Virus record (IMG/VR): IMGVR_UViG_3300048586_000294
Coordinates: 184-64,183 of that record
Strand: one strand, 5' to 3'
Length of the DNA stretch: 64,000 nt
Origin: a virus
Taxonomy: Duplodnaviria; Caudoviricetes
Every line of letters starts with the position of its first letter. Positions within the stretch are counted from its first letter, which is position 1. The position numbers and the translations under genes are program-made. Below, piece by piece: positions 30,741 through 40,070 of the stretch. The notes below the pieces were generated by a model. It was not told where the DNA came from, ran no database searches, and saw only the letters and a program-made list of their open reading frames with translations.

Positions 30741-30770
30741 AGAAAAAGGGCTGGCCGAAGCCAACCCCAG
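30741..30770 (-). terminator. Terminator after the capsid gene
   Basis: Minus strand GGGGTTGGC-TTCG-GCCAGCCCC-TTTTT. Confidence 0.75.
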
Positions 30771-30773
30771 TGA

Positions 30774-31949
30774 TCACACGCGCTTTTGCCAGTTGCGAAT
30801 GACGGTGTGCACCTTGTCTTGCAGCAGCTCCAGACCACATTCGGTCAGGTACTCATGCTTTTTCAGGTCTTCGTCATTGCCTTGACGGTCTTTGAGCAGC
30901 TGGGTATCGCGCCCGTCCATGTACCGGTATTTCAGGTATGGGAAGTCCACGATCACCATGCAGTCGTCCATCTCGCGGATCTGGCGGAACTGCGGGTGCA
31001 GATGCACCAGGAGGTCGCCCGCGAAGGTGGCGTATTTGGTGAACTTGACGCCGTAAGCGCCAGACACCTGCTCCGGTTGCCAGCGGTCTTTGGCCATGGC
31101 TTGCAGTTGGGCCGCCACGGTCGCCCCCACGAAGGCCACCTTCTGGTTGGAGCCGTATGCGAACACGGTCTTGATCAGCAGGCTGTCGAACTCTTCTTCG
31201 GTGATGCGGTTCGCCACGGTGTTGGTGGCCGCATCGACCTGGGTGCCGATGCTGGACAACAGGCCGCCCGTGTAGCGGGTCGGGGTGGCGGTGCTCGGGT
31301 TGACGATGTACTTCTTGCCGAAGAACATGGCCCGCTCGATGTCACTCATGTGCATCTTGAGCGCCTTCGCCGCGTTCTCCTGTTCTTTATCGCCCAAACG
31401 CAGGCGAGTGTGCTTCAAGGTCTCAGTGACCGCGAAGGAGGTACGGAAGATCTGGGTGTAGTTAAACACGCGGGTCGGGTCGAAGCTGATCGGGCTGGGC
31501 GATCTGTCGCCTTCCGCCGCCGCGTAGCCAGCCACGATGATTTCATCGCCGTTGGCAATGGCGAAGTTGGTGCCACTGATGTTGCGGGTCACGTTCACGG
31601 TGCCCACGGCGGGGTTGGCGTCAGCCGTCAGCTGCATGACTTCGCCGGTCACGGTGTTGACCAGCAGCGCACCCTTGACGCAGAAGGCCAGGGTATCGGT
31701 GACGGTGACAGAAACCGCAGTCACACCGGCAGCGGCAGCCGCAGAGGCAGCCAGACGGCGCTCCGGCATTTCGTCACGGAAGTTATGGTATTGCGGGTCG
31801 TCCGTGGACTCACTGCCGGTCATCGCCAGCAGGGCGTTCAATGGGGCAGTACCGTTAGGCTCCAGCATGGTGAAGGCTTCACGGTAGTTCTGGGGGCGGA
31901 AGTGCTGGTCAAACTCGCCAGTCCCGCGCAGACCGAGGATTGCAGGCAT
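30774..31949 (-). CDS. Major capsid protein (SU10/DUF5309-like)
   Basis: FNYTQIFRTSFAVTET, DIERAMFFG, RYTGGLL, YLTECGLEL; AGGAG RBS before MPAILG. Confidence 0.88.
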   Translation of the reverse strand: MPAILGLRGTGEFDQHFRPQNYREAFTMLEPNGTAPLNALLAMTGSESTDDPQYHNFRDEMPERRLAASAAAAAGVTAVSVTVTDTLAFCVKGALLVNTVTGEVMQLTADANPAVGTVNVTRNISGTNFAIANGDEIIVAGYAAAEGDRSPSPISFDPTRVFNYTQIFRTSFAVTETLKHTRLRLGDKEQENAAKALKMHMSDIERAMFFGKKYIVNPSTATPTRYTGGLLSSIGTQVDAATNTVANRITEEEFDSLLIKTVFAYGSNQKVAFVGATVAAQLQAMAKDRWQPEQVSGAYGVKFTKYATFAGDLLVHLHPQFRQIREMDDCMVIVDFPYLKYRYMDGRDTQLLKDRQGNDEDLKKHEYLTECGLELLQDKVHTVIRNWQKRV

Positions 31950-32060
31950 GATGATGCTCCTGAAAACTGAATGCTTGTGTTTGGGTTCTGGTGTCAGCGG
32001 AATGGTCAACGCTGGCGAGCGAGCAAAAGAAAAGGAGCCGTAGCGCCATTGCTCGGCTCC

Positions 32061-32091
32061 TTTATATCGGGCAACTAGATTGCTTTCGTCC
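32061..32091 (-). promoter_or_regulatory. Late promoter-like variant GGACGAA-N18-TATAAA
   Basis: Same spacing as the other copies; upstream of capsid. Confidence 0.6.
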
Positions 32092-32111
32092 TAGTCAAAC
32101 GGTTTTTTAGA

Positions 32112-33110
32112 TTAACCGCGTCTTGATTTGATGAAGCCGGTCAGGGCGTCCAAGTCGGGGTTGCTTGCGGCGGTGGCGCCACCTCCCAGGGCAGCTTGGT
32201 CGGTAGAGCCGGTGTAGGCTTGACGGCGCTGGGAGATCTCCTTGAGCCGTGTCATTTCGCCAGACTCCATGGAGTTTTTGAAGTCGGTGGCAACCTTGAT
32301 GGCCAAGGCGGGATCGATGAAGTCTTCCAGTGAATAGCCGCGCTCTGCCGAGAAGCTCATAAAGTCGTTGGCTGTTTCATCAGGGAGGCCAAGCTGTTGC
32401 TGCACTCGGTTGAGGTTGTTGGCAATCGCATCCCGCAGATTCATGCCACCCTGTTGCTGGGCTTGGCTGTTCACCTCGGCAGCCGCTCGCAGCTGGCCGT
32501 TTTGACCGGCGATCAGTTGCTGCATCATCTGCTGCATCTGGGTCATGCCGGTGGCCATCTGGCGTTGCTGGGCCAGCATGTCCTTATACATCGGCGGCAG
32601 ACTGGCGGCGTTCTGGTCTTCCCACGCCTTCAGCTGGGAGTCAAAGTCGGGGTCAGCCCCTTGGTTGGGTGGCGCACCTACCTTGTTCGGGTGCTCATCC
32701 TTGCCACCGAATTGGGTGTTCTTCTCTTTGGCCTTGGCCATCAGCTCCTGCATGTGACCCAGAAACTGATCCTGGCTCATCCCGAGGTCTTGCATCGCCT
32801 GAGTGGCCGCATCGAGCAGGGGCTTTGATTGCATCTGCTGATAGTTCAGGTTCTTGTACCTGTCCATCATGCCGAGGATCTGGCTCTCTGTGAGTTGGCG
32901 CTTCTGGCCGTTCCCCACGTTCAGCTCGAACACGGCGGCGGATTGCTGCTGCTGTTCACCTTCGGTCTTGGGGGCCAGCTGCTCCATTACCTTCTCTTGC
33001 CTGGTTGGCTCTTGGGAGGCTTGCGGCTTTTGCTGCGGCTCGCCTCGCGCCATGTTGGCCATCGCGTCGAGGGCGGATTGCTGTTCTTCGGGGGATTGAG
33101 GGGTTGCCAT
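32112..33110 (-). CDS. Capsid scaffolding protein
   Basis: Helical Q/M-rich protein immediately upstream of capsid. Confidence 0.72.
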   Translation of the reverse strand: MATPQSPEEQQSALDAMANMARGEPQQKPQASQEPTRQEKVMEQLAPKTEGEQQQQSAAVFELNVGNGQKRQLTESQILGMMDRYKNLNYQQMQSKPLLDAATQAMQDLGMSQDQFLGHMQELMAKAKEKNTQFGGKDEHPNKVGAPPNQGADPDFDSQLKAWEDQNAASLPPMYKDMLAQQRQMATGMTQMQQMMQQLIAGQNGQLRAAAEVNSQAQQQGGMNLRDAIANNLNRVQQQLGLPDETANDFMSFSAERGYSLEDFIDPALAIKVATDFKNSMESGEMTRLKEISQRRQAYTGSTDQAALGGGATAASNPDLDALTGFIKSRRG

Positions 33111-33152
33111 GATACGTGCTCCTTGTTGCCCAGCCGTAGCGGGGATGGACGC

Positions 33153-33183
33153 ACCTTAAAGCCGTGATGGTTTCTTATCGTCC
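33153..33183 (-). promoter_or_regulatory. Late promoter-like variant GGACGAT-N18-TAAGGT
   Basis: Same spacing; upstream of the scaffold gene. Confidence 0.6.
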
Positions 33184-33431
33184 TTGATAAGCAGTGACGC
33201 CATGGCCTGCTGGTTCTCGGCGGCCAACTTGAGTTTGGTAGGCAGGGTCAGCATGTTCTGCGCCGCCCAGATGGCACCACGACGAAAGTGCATTTCGGCC
33301 TCGCTCATGTTGGGCGTGGCGCCAAGCGAGAGGGCCGCCCGCATCACATCTTCCTTGAGGACGGTCTCGGCCACAGGCCAGCTTTTCACCAGGGAGTCGA
33401 TGGCGCGGATCTGATCGTTGGTCAGGGTCAT
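33156..33431 (-). CDS. Hypothetical head-module protein
   Basis: ATGA-coupled ORF in the operon. Confidence 0.65.
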   Translation of the reverse strand: MTLTNDQIRAIDSLVKSWPVAETVLKEDVMRAALSLGATPNMSEAEMHFRRGAIWAAQNMLTLPTKLKLAAENQQAMASLLIKDDKKPSRL

Positions 33432-33718
33432 TTGTGTTTCTCGGCTTTAAGGAGTTCGATGCTGCGGCGCACTTCCACATAGAGGGCTTGTTGCTGCTCC
33501 ATCTGGTAGCGCATCAGTTCTGTTGTGCGGGCCAAGTCAGTGCTCGCTTTCGATAGGTTCTCGGTGGCCTGCTGGGTGCCGCTGATCTCGTTGGTGATGT
33601 ACTCCAGTCGTGCCTCTATCACGCTGATACGCTCACCTGCGCGGTAAGCAAACGCCGTGACGGCCACAATGCCTGCGGTGACAAGGCCAATCAGCCCGCT
33701 CAGGAAGTTGTTGGTCAT
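33428..33718 (-). CDS. Small protein with N-terminal TM helix and coiled coil (lysis-associated?)
   Basis: FLSGLIGLVTAGIVAVTAFAY hydrophobic segment, next to a lysin-like gene. Confidence 0.55.
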   Translation of the reverse strand: MTNNFLSGLIGLVTAGIVAVTAFAYRAGERISVIEARLEYITNEISGTQQATENLSKASTDLARTTELMRYQMEQQQALYVEVRRSIELLKAEKHK

Positions 33719-34140
33719 AGCATTCTCTCGATGGTCAGTGTGTGCTCACCGTCGTTGTGCAAGCCAAGCAGGTCATTGAGGTGGTAGAGGGCGCGGCGGC
33801 TTTCGCGCACCCCCCAACCGGAGCGATGCCAGCCAATACCAGGGGCAATGCAGCCCTCCAGTTCGGTGGGGAAGTTAGCGGCGTGAATGAGGATGCGGGT
33901 TCGTTTGCTTGGGCCGTGGAGAGTCACGTCAAGCGCTGGGTTTTCGAGGCCATAGCAGAGGCCAAACTTGGGGGAGATATGCGGGATCAGGCGGTATTCA
34001 CCAGCAGGGACGCACGATACTCGGGGCGTGTTGTTCAGCCACTCACGTTCGCAGGTGTAAGCGACCACTTGCCCGCTGAGGAGGAATTTGCCGAAGCTGC
34101 CGATGCCATCAATGTTGTGGGTGCGAAGTGTGAGGTGCAT
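33715..34140 (-). CDS. DUF5675-like protein, putative endolysin
   Basis: TCEREW..N...SCVPAGEY, RTRILIHAANF..ELEGCI.PG. Confidence 0.8.
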   Translation of the reverse strand: MHLTLRTHNIDGIGSFGKFLLSGQVVAYTCEREWLNNTPRVSCVPAGEYRLIPHISPKFGLCYGLENPALDVTLHGPSKRTRILIHAANFPTELEGCIAPGIGWHRSGWGVRESRRALYHLNDLLGLHNDGEHTLTIERML

Positions 34141-34168
34141 GAAAATGGCCCCGCTGGTTGGTGGGGCC

Positions 34169-34200
34169 ATTATTTATGCGGTGTTCTTACAGGGTCGTCC
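34169..34200 (-). promoter_or_regulatory. Late promoter-like motif GGACGAC-N19-AATAAT
   Basis: Copy upstream of the lysin/head operon. Confidence 0.65.
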
Positions 34201-34207
34201 CTGTTGA

Positions 34208-34272
34208 CGCAATCTGGCGTTCAAGAAAGAGGCCAGGGAAACGCGCCGCACTGAGTCGAACGCCAGATTGCG
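34208..34272. repeat. Perfect 15-bp inverted repeat with 35-nt spacer
   Basis: CGCAATCTGGCGTTC (34208-34222) and GAACGCCAGATTGCG (34258-34272). Confidence 0.85.
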
Positions 34273-34451
34273 CGCAGATTATTGACAGCTTCATTGGTAA
34301 GCGCAAGCGTTTTACAGATGTTGCCTATGGGCAGAAGCATTTACAACCTTGTCGTACCAAGGAACATGGGAATAAAGGCTAAACACGCCAAGTGATGACG
34401 TAGGGTGACGTCATTAATGCTGGTCTCATATTGCGGACAAGTTTGTCGAAG

Positions 34452-34472
34452 CTAGGGAAGGTGCGAACAAGT
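34452..34472 (+). mobile_element. Isolated IS5-type terminal inverted repeat with CTAG target
   Basis: CTAG-GGAAGGTGCGAACAAGT, matching the IS5 end sequence as I recall it. Confidence 0.8.
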
Positions 34473-34791
34473 CATATGGCGCAAAAGCGCCACTTTATAG
34501 TCCATTGATATTAAGTTGATAACGTTTTAATTTTTTTATGGGTAACTTGTTAGCAACTTGCCTTGAGATTTTGGTGGAATTAACCATTCACGAGATGGCG
34601 ACAGTTCATGAGGGTGGTACGGTCGGAAATGGGTTGGTCGAATGAGAACTTGGCAAGCGGGCGCATGAAGGGAGTCCTCATTAGTCACAGCGAGGTAGAA
34701 CAAGGTTTAAATATGATATAAAAATAGATGAGGCAGGAATTATCCCACCTCATCCAACCCTAGTTTGATACGTTAATTCTTAATGTAACTA

Positions 34792-37398
34792 TTATGGTGT
34801 AATTATGGCTGCGAATGTACCCGGGCCGCTATATATGGTCTGCACATTGGTGAGTTGGGCCTGCACGGCACTGCTGTCACCACCACCCCCACTCGCCCCC
34901 CATGTCACGACTGTTCCATCCTGCTTGAGGGCAGCAAAAGCAGACACAGTTGAGAAAATGGTCTGCACATTGGTGAGGTCCACGCCACTACTGTCACCGC
35001 CTTTGGTCGCTTCCCCCCACGTCACGACTGTCCCATCCAGCTTGAGGGCTGCAAAAGCAGTCCCAGCTGAGAAAATGGTCTGCACATTGGTGAGATCCAC
35101 GGCACTGCTGTTACCACCATTGGTAGCACTCCCCCACGTCACGGCTGTCCCATCCTTTTTTAAGGCAGCAAAAGCAACTTCATTTGAGAAAATAGTCTGC
35201 ACATTGGTGAGTTCCACGCCACTGCTGTCACCGCCCAAGGCTGCAAACCCCCACGCCACGGCTGTCCCATCTTGCTTGAGGGCAGCAAAAGCAACCCCAG
35301 TTGAGAAAATGGTCTGCACATTGGTGAGTTGGGCCTGCACGGCACTGCTGTCACCACCACTCCCACTCGCCCCCCACGTTACGACTGTCCCATCCCGCTT
35401 GAGGGCTGCCCAAGCAGTATTATTTGAGACAATGGTCTGCACATCGGTGAGATCCACGCCACTGCTGTTACCGCCATAGTTGGCATCCCCCCACGTCACG
35501 ACTGTCCCATCCCGTTTGAGGGCTGCAAAAGCAGAGTTACCTGAGTAAATGGTCTGCACCTTGGTGAGATCCACGGCACTGCTGTCACCGCCATAGTTGA
35601 CATGCCCCCACGTCACCACAGTTCCATCCTGCTTGAGTGCAGCAAAAGCCTGGTTAGATGAGAAAAGGGTCTGCACATTGGTGAGCTGGCCCTGCACGGC
35701 ATTGCTGTTACCGCCATAGTTGGCATCCCCCCACGTCACCACAGTCCCATCCTGCTTGAGGGCAGCAAAAGCACGCTGAGTTGAGGCAATGGTCTGCACA
35801 TTGGTGAGATCCACGGCACTGCTGTCACCGCCATTGATAGCATCCCCCCACGTCACCACAGTCCCATCCTGCCTGAGGGCTGCTAAAGCATAGTAAGTTG
35901 AGAAAAGGGTCTGCACATTGGTGAGCTGGCCCTGCACGGCACTGCTGTCGCCACCAGCGGTGGGATTCCCCCACGTCACGGCTGTCCCCAGGTTTGTCAC
36001 TGTCAAACTGCCGAACACACTGATGTTATCAAGGAGAGCGGTGACTGTGGTACTGCCCGCCGTGACGCCTGTTGCAACTCCTGCTGCGCTAACGGTGGCA
36101 ATCGTCTGAGCACTGCTGCTCCAGGCAACCAGGTCAGTGACATCCAGGGTGCTACCGTCGCTATAAGTCCCTTGAGTGCGATAACTCTGGGTCGAGCCTC
36201 TAGGGATAGTCGCACTCGGCGGCGAGATGGTGAGCCCGGTCAGCACAGCCGCTGTGACGGTCAAGCTGGCAGTGTCACTTTGTCCATTCAACAGGGCTGT
36301 TACCTTGATACTGCCTACGGTCACGCCAGTGGCAACGCCTATGGCGCTGATGCTGGCGACAGCAGGCGCGCTGCTGCTCCAGTCAACCTGGTCAGTGACA
36401 TCCAGGGTGCTACCGTCGCTAAACGTCCCCTGAGCGCTGTAACTCTGGGTCAAGCCTTTCGGGATAGTCGCACTCGGCGGCGTGATGGTTAACCCGGTCA
36501 ACACAGCCGCAGTGACGGTCAAGCTGGTAGTGGCACGTTGTCCATTCAGCTGGGCTGTTACCGTGGTATTGCCTGCGGTCAGGCCCGTGGCCACCCCTGC
36601 GGCGCTGATGCTGGCGACAGCAGGAGCACTGCTGTTCCAAGCAACCAGGTCAGTGACATCCAGGGCGCTACCGTTGTTAAACGTTCCCTGAGCACTGTAA
36701 CGCTGGGTCAAGCCTTTCGGGATAGTCGCACCCGGCGGCGTGATGGTGAGCCCGGTCAGCACAACTGCTGTGACCGTCAAGTTGGCGCTGGCACTTTGTC
36801 CATTCAACTGGGCTGTTACCGTGGAGCTGCCCACGGTCAGGCCCGTGGCCACCCCTGCGGCGCTGATGCTGGCGACAGCAGGCGCACTGCTGCTCCAGGT
36901 AACCAGCTTAGTGACATCCAGGGTGGTACCGTTGCTATACATCCCTTGAGCGCGATAACCCTGGGTCAAGCCTGTCGGGATAGTCGCACTCGGCGGCGTG
37001 ACCGTCAGTGCGGTCAATGTAATATCAGAAATATCCAATGTTCGCTCACCAATCAGATTATCTAATGAAGCAATAATTTGTACGCTACCCACCGCGACTG
37101 TCGAAACCACCCCGGTTGCCGAAATCGTTGCATTGGCATTAGAAACAGACCATTTGACGCCGTCTGTTGTCACTTTTGTGGAGCCATCACAGTAGGTCAG
37201 CGTTGCTTCATACTGCTCGCTCACGCCAACAGGAAGTTCATCACTACTCATCCCTTGGAGTAATGGTTGTTGTGGGGCAACCTGAATAGAAACAATGCGG
37301 TCACAGGCTTCTGGTTGAGCAGGTAATCCGCTACCCCCCCCACAACCAGTGAGTATCAGCACACCTGCACTAATTAAAAAACGTATAATTGATGTCAT
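34792..37398 (-). CDS. Lipoprotein with tandem Big_2 Ig-like domains and C-terminal RCC1/BLIP-II-like beta-propeller repeats (putative adhesin)
   Basis: Lipobox LTG/C; ~5 Ig-like units (VTWSSSAPAVASISAAGVATG); 10 repeats of VTWG...GGDSSAV..LTNVQTIFS..AFAALKQDGT. Confidence 0.85.
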   Translation of the reverse strand: MTSIIRFLISAGVLILTGCGGGSGLPAQPEACDRIVSIQVAPQQPLLQGMSSDELPVGVSEQYEATLTYCDGSTKVTTDGVKWSVSNANATISATGVVSTVAVGSVQIIASLDNLIGERTLDISDITLTALTVTPPSATIPTGLTQGYRAQGMYSNGTTLDVTKLVTWSSSAPAVASISAAGVATGLTVGSSTVTAQLNGQSASANLTVTAVVLTGLTITPPGATIPKGLTQRYSAQGTFNNGSALDVTDLVAWNSSAPAVASISAAGVATGLTAGNTTVTAQLNGQRATTSLTVTAAVLTGLTITPPSATIPKGLTQSYSAQGTFSDGSTLDVTDQVDWSSSAPAVASISAIGVATGVTVGSIKVTALLNGQSDTASLTVTAAVLTGLTISPPSATIPRGSTQSYRTQGTYSDGSTLDVTDLVAWSSSAQTIATVSAAGVATGVTAGSTTVTALLDNISVFGSLTVTNLGTAVTWGNPTAGGDSSAVQGQLTNVQTLFSTYYALAALRQDGTVVTWGDAINGGDSSAVDLTNVQTIASTQRAFAALKQDGTVVTWGDANYGGNSNAVQGQLTNVQTLFSSNQAFAALKQDGTVVTWGHVNYGGDSSAVDLTKVQTIYSGNSAFAALKRDGTVVTWGDANYGGNSSGVDLTDVQTIVSNNTAWAALKRDGTVVTWGASGSGGDSSAVQAQLTNVQTIFSTGVAFAALKQDGTAVAWGFAALGGDSSGVELTNVQTIFSNEVAFAALKKDGTAVTWGSATNGGNSSAVDLTNVQTIFSAGTAFAALKLDGTVVTWGEATKGGDSSGVDLTNVQTIFSTVSAFAALKQDGTVVTWGASGGGGDSSAVQAQLTNVQTIYSGPGTFAAIITP
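34830..35990. repeat. Ten tandem 117/123-bp coding repeats
   Basis: (G/A)GTCTGCAC recurs at 34837, 34960, 35077, 35194, 35311, 35434, 35551, 35668, 35791, 35908. Confidence 0.9.
36000..37015. repeat. Four tandem 258-bp coding repeats (Ig domains)
   Basis: GATAGTCGCA at 36205, 36463, 36721, 36979. Confidence 0.9.
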
Positions 37399-37444
37399 TT
37401 TAATGAACTCTTAAACTATTAATAGTTGATTAGTCTTCGGACGC

Positions 37445-37759
37445 TTATCTTGCCTTCATATGGAGCACTACGTTCTGGTGCGCCCAGCGATTGTACGTCG
37501 CCTTTATTTGCCCGAAATAATCATGGCCAGCCTTAAATGAGATGTGGGGAGCTAGAATGTATCCAGCATAAATACCCGCGCCCAGCTCATTGTTCTCACA
37601 AGTAAGCCTAGATGGTTCACAGGCATTATGGGCATGAACCCATCCCGATTTCACGCCGATGTAAAATGGCTGTGGTTCCGCGTGCACTTCTGGGATAAAT
37701 ACCATGGCGGCCATGCACACAAAGGGATTTTCCTTATCATAAATTATCACCTTATTCAA
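37445..37759 (-). pseudogene. Truncated OmpA-like beta-barrel outer membrane protein
   Basis: FYIGVKSGWVH...C...C....GAGIYAGY......KAGHDYFG, only the first barrel strands. Confidence 0.65.
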
Positions 37760-38116
37760 GCTTGCTGGCTTGTTTTATACAAAGTATATTGACATCCTTA
37801 ACAGTTCAAACCTCACCGGAAGAGGCGAAATTAAAAAGGGAGTCAATAGGTCCACTTCTGATCTTTTGCTCAATAATCATACCAGTAGCGCAGAGTTGCT
37901 GAATATAAATTTTTTCACTCAGTTTTTGTGCCTAAAGTCAGGCATTTCCGATATATGCCGCTGCACTGAAACGAAATGATGGGCTATTTAATAGGAAAAA
38001 TAGCGTTTAGCCAGTGAAAAGTTCTTTTATTCATAGGTGGTCTCCCCCGTTTGCCAAGCGAAATATTCTGTGGTGGCTTGACACAGATCATAGATTACAG
38101 CCATATATCCGAACTG

Positions 38117-38945
38117 AGGGGGGGCAAACAAGTCCCGGATGTGAGGTGATTAGCTCCACTTGGTATCATGAATGAGGTTCAGCATGAGTCACCAGCTCAC
38201 CTATCACGGATAGCGAGTTCAATGGTAAACACCGCAAAGAGATATTCTTGACCCTCATGGACGCTTTGCTCCCATGGGCCAGAATGCTCGGTCTCATCGA
38301 ACCTATCTACCACAAAAGGCAATCAGTGGTATGTCGGTATGAAGGCCCAGATCGGCGTCGATGCCAAAAGTGGGCTGACTCACATTCTGGAAACCACGTC
38401 AGCCAACGAGCACGACCTCAATCAGGTGGGCAACCTGCTCCATGGCAAGGAAGCGTTTGTGTTCGCCGATGCGGGATATCAGGGGGCAGAAAACCGTGAA
38501 GCGCTGTCACGTGAAGGCTGAGTGGGCGATTGCGATGCGCCCCGGCAAACTCGAGGAGATCAAGGGGCTCAAAAAGCGCCTCCATCAAAACAAGGCGGTG
38601 ATTGCATTTGAGAAGCTCAAATCCAGCATTCGCGCCAAGGTGGATCACCCGTTCCGGCTCATCAAATACCAGTTTGGCTTTGTGAAAACGTGGTACAAGG
38701 GGCTCCGAAAGAACGCCAACCAATTGGCGATATTATTCACGCTGACGAACTTGTTTCGAGTGGACCAGATGATACGGGCATGGGATAGCTGCGCCCAAAA
38801 TACGAGGTAAGCCTCGAAAATAGGGAGGACCGTGGGCTAAAAAGCTGTATTTTGGAGGGAATGGGACGGATACATGGAATAATGAAAACTTAAAATGTGG
38901 GCAGTCACTCATGATGGCGGTCCGACCAACTTGATCGCACTCTCC
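38117..38945 (+). mobile_element. Internally deleted, frameshifted IS5-family element
   Basis: Degenerate left IR (...GCAAACAAGTCCC); MSHQLT.. and LPW...IEP.Y joined directly to [39 protein letters not shown]; right IR ACTTGATCGCACTCTCC at 38929-38945. Confidence 0.88.
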
Positions 38946-39013
38946 CCAACCATGGATTCGATTTGCGGTTCGAACTATTGAGCCTGCGTACCCAATATAA
39001 TGTAATGAATCGC

Positions 39014-39520
39014 TTATTTATCATTACTCACGCCACCAAAGAAAAATGAAATCACGCTGTTGCGCTCGTTCAGGAGTGCGCCGATCACCACGCCAATGAG
39101 GTTGGAGATCAGCGCGACCAGCTCGGCCCTGTCGCCAAGCAGGGAAAGCGCGGCGAAGTTGGCGGCGACCAGAATGAGGATCAGCAGCAGGCTGCGATTC
39201 ATGATGCTGGTGGCAATCAGGTCGGCAGTGCCTGACTGTTTGGTGTAGGTCTCCCGCGCATGCTGGCGGTCGTTGAGGTAGAGCTGATCGCGGGCTTGCT
39301 GGAGCTTGAGGACGTCAAGGCGAAACTCGTTGCCGAGGGTCTTGTCGTTGATGAGTGCATCGGCGGCGTACTCGTCCTCTTCGGTCTTGGTGATCTGCTT
39401 GGCGACATCGAGCAGATCGCGGGCGGCTTCTTCGGCTTTGTCGCCCTTGAGCCAGCCAATGGCTTCGGGGAGGTAGCGGCCAGCAAGGCCAAGGGCAAGG
39501 GGAACGATGGAGGGCAACAT
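39014..39520 (-). CDS. Putative holin / membrane protein
   Basis: Two C-terminal TM helices ending VISFFFG; DRQHAR motif; GGAG RBS before MLPSIV. Confidence 0.68.
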   Translation of the reverse strand: MLPSIVPLALGLAGRYLPEAIGWLKGDKAEEAARDLLDVAKQITKTEEDEYAADALINDKTLGNEFRLDVLKLQQARDQLYLNDRQHARETYTKQSGTADLIATSIMNRSLLLILILVAANFAALSLLGDRAELVALISNLIGVVIGALLNERNSVISFFFGGVSNDK

Positions 39521-39548
39521 GGCGGTCTCCTGGTGGGGGCTTGTTGCC

Positions 39549-39579
39549 ATGTTGCCGCTTGGGGGGAGCCCAGTCGTCC
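39549..39579 (-). promoter_or_regulatory. Late promoter-like motif GGACGAC-N18-CAACAT
   Basis: Copy upstream of the holin-like gene. Confidence 0.68.
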
Positions 39580-39581
39580 CA

Positions 39582-40070
39582 TTAGGGCGGATAAAAGGTG
39601 ATGGGCATTGCGGCACCCACTCTCGCGTCAAACCAGCTATAGGTACTCAAGCCGGTGTTGAAGAACCGGTTGCCGGAACCGGCGGCGATACTTAACACCC
39701 CAAGCCCCGCGATCTCCAAGCGAAATGCTGGCGAGTAGTTCGATCCCGTGCTCACCGAGATGTGAGTGGGGTAAGCCGATTGCACCGCAATGTACGTTAT
39801 CGCTACGCCAACTTGGGCGGGCGTGGTGTTCGTCAGTGAGCCTTTCCCTGTTGTACTGTCATACCCCACAATCATGTTGCCAGCCGGAATACCCGATGCC
39901 CATTTCACCGTTGTCAGGGTGGTGGACGTTGAGGCGCTCCGTCCCGCCAAGTCTCCCGCATTACGGGGGGCAGGGATGCCTGACTTGCTCAGGGTATCGC
40001 TTGTCCAACCATTGCTGCTGTACTCGGCCTTGGCGCTGGAGAGCCAAAAGGGTTTGGCGGGGACCGTCAT
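39582..40070 (-). CDS. Tail-fibre-associated (tip/adhesin-like) protein
   Basis: ATGA-coupled to the tail fibre; PFWLS...DLAGRS N-terminus. Confidence 0.6.
   Translation of the reverse strand: MTVPAKPFWLSSAKAEYSSNGWTSDTLSKSGIPAPRNAGDLAGRSASTSTTLTTVKWASGIPAGNMIVGYDSTTGKGSLTNTTPAQVGVAITYIAVQSAYPTHISVSTGSNYSPAFRLEIAGLGVLSIAAGSGNRFFNTGLSTYSWFDARVGAAMPITFYPP

Noticed and set aside
34830-35990. Regular repeats as a CRISPR array
   Set aside because: Units are multiples of 3, in frame within a protein, and lack unique spacers
38248-38810. Functional transposase ORFs
   Set aside because: Fragments in different frames with a large internal deletion
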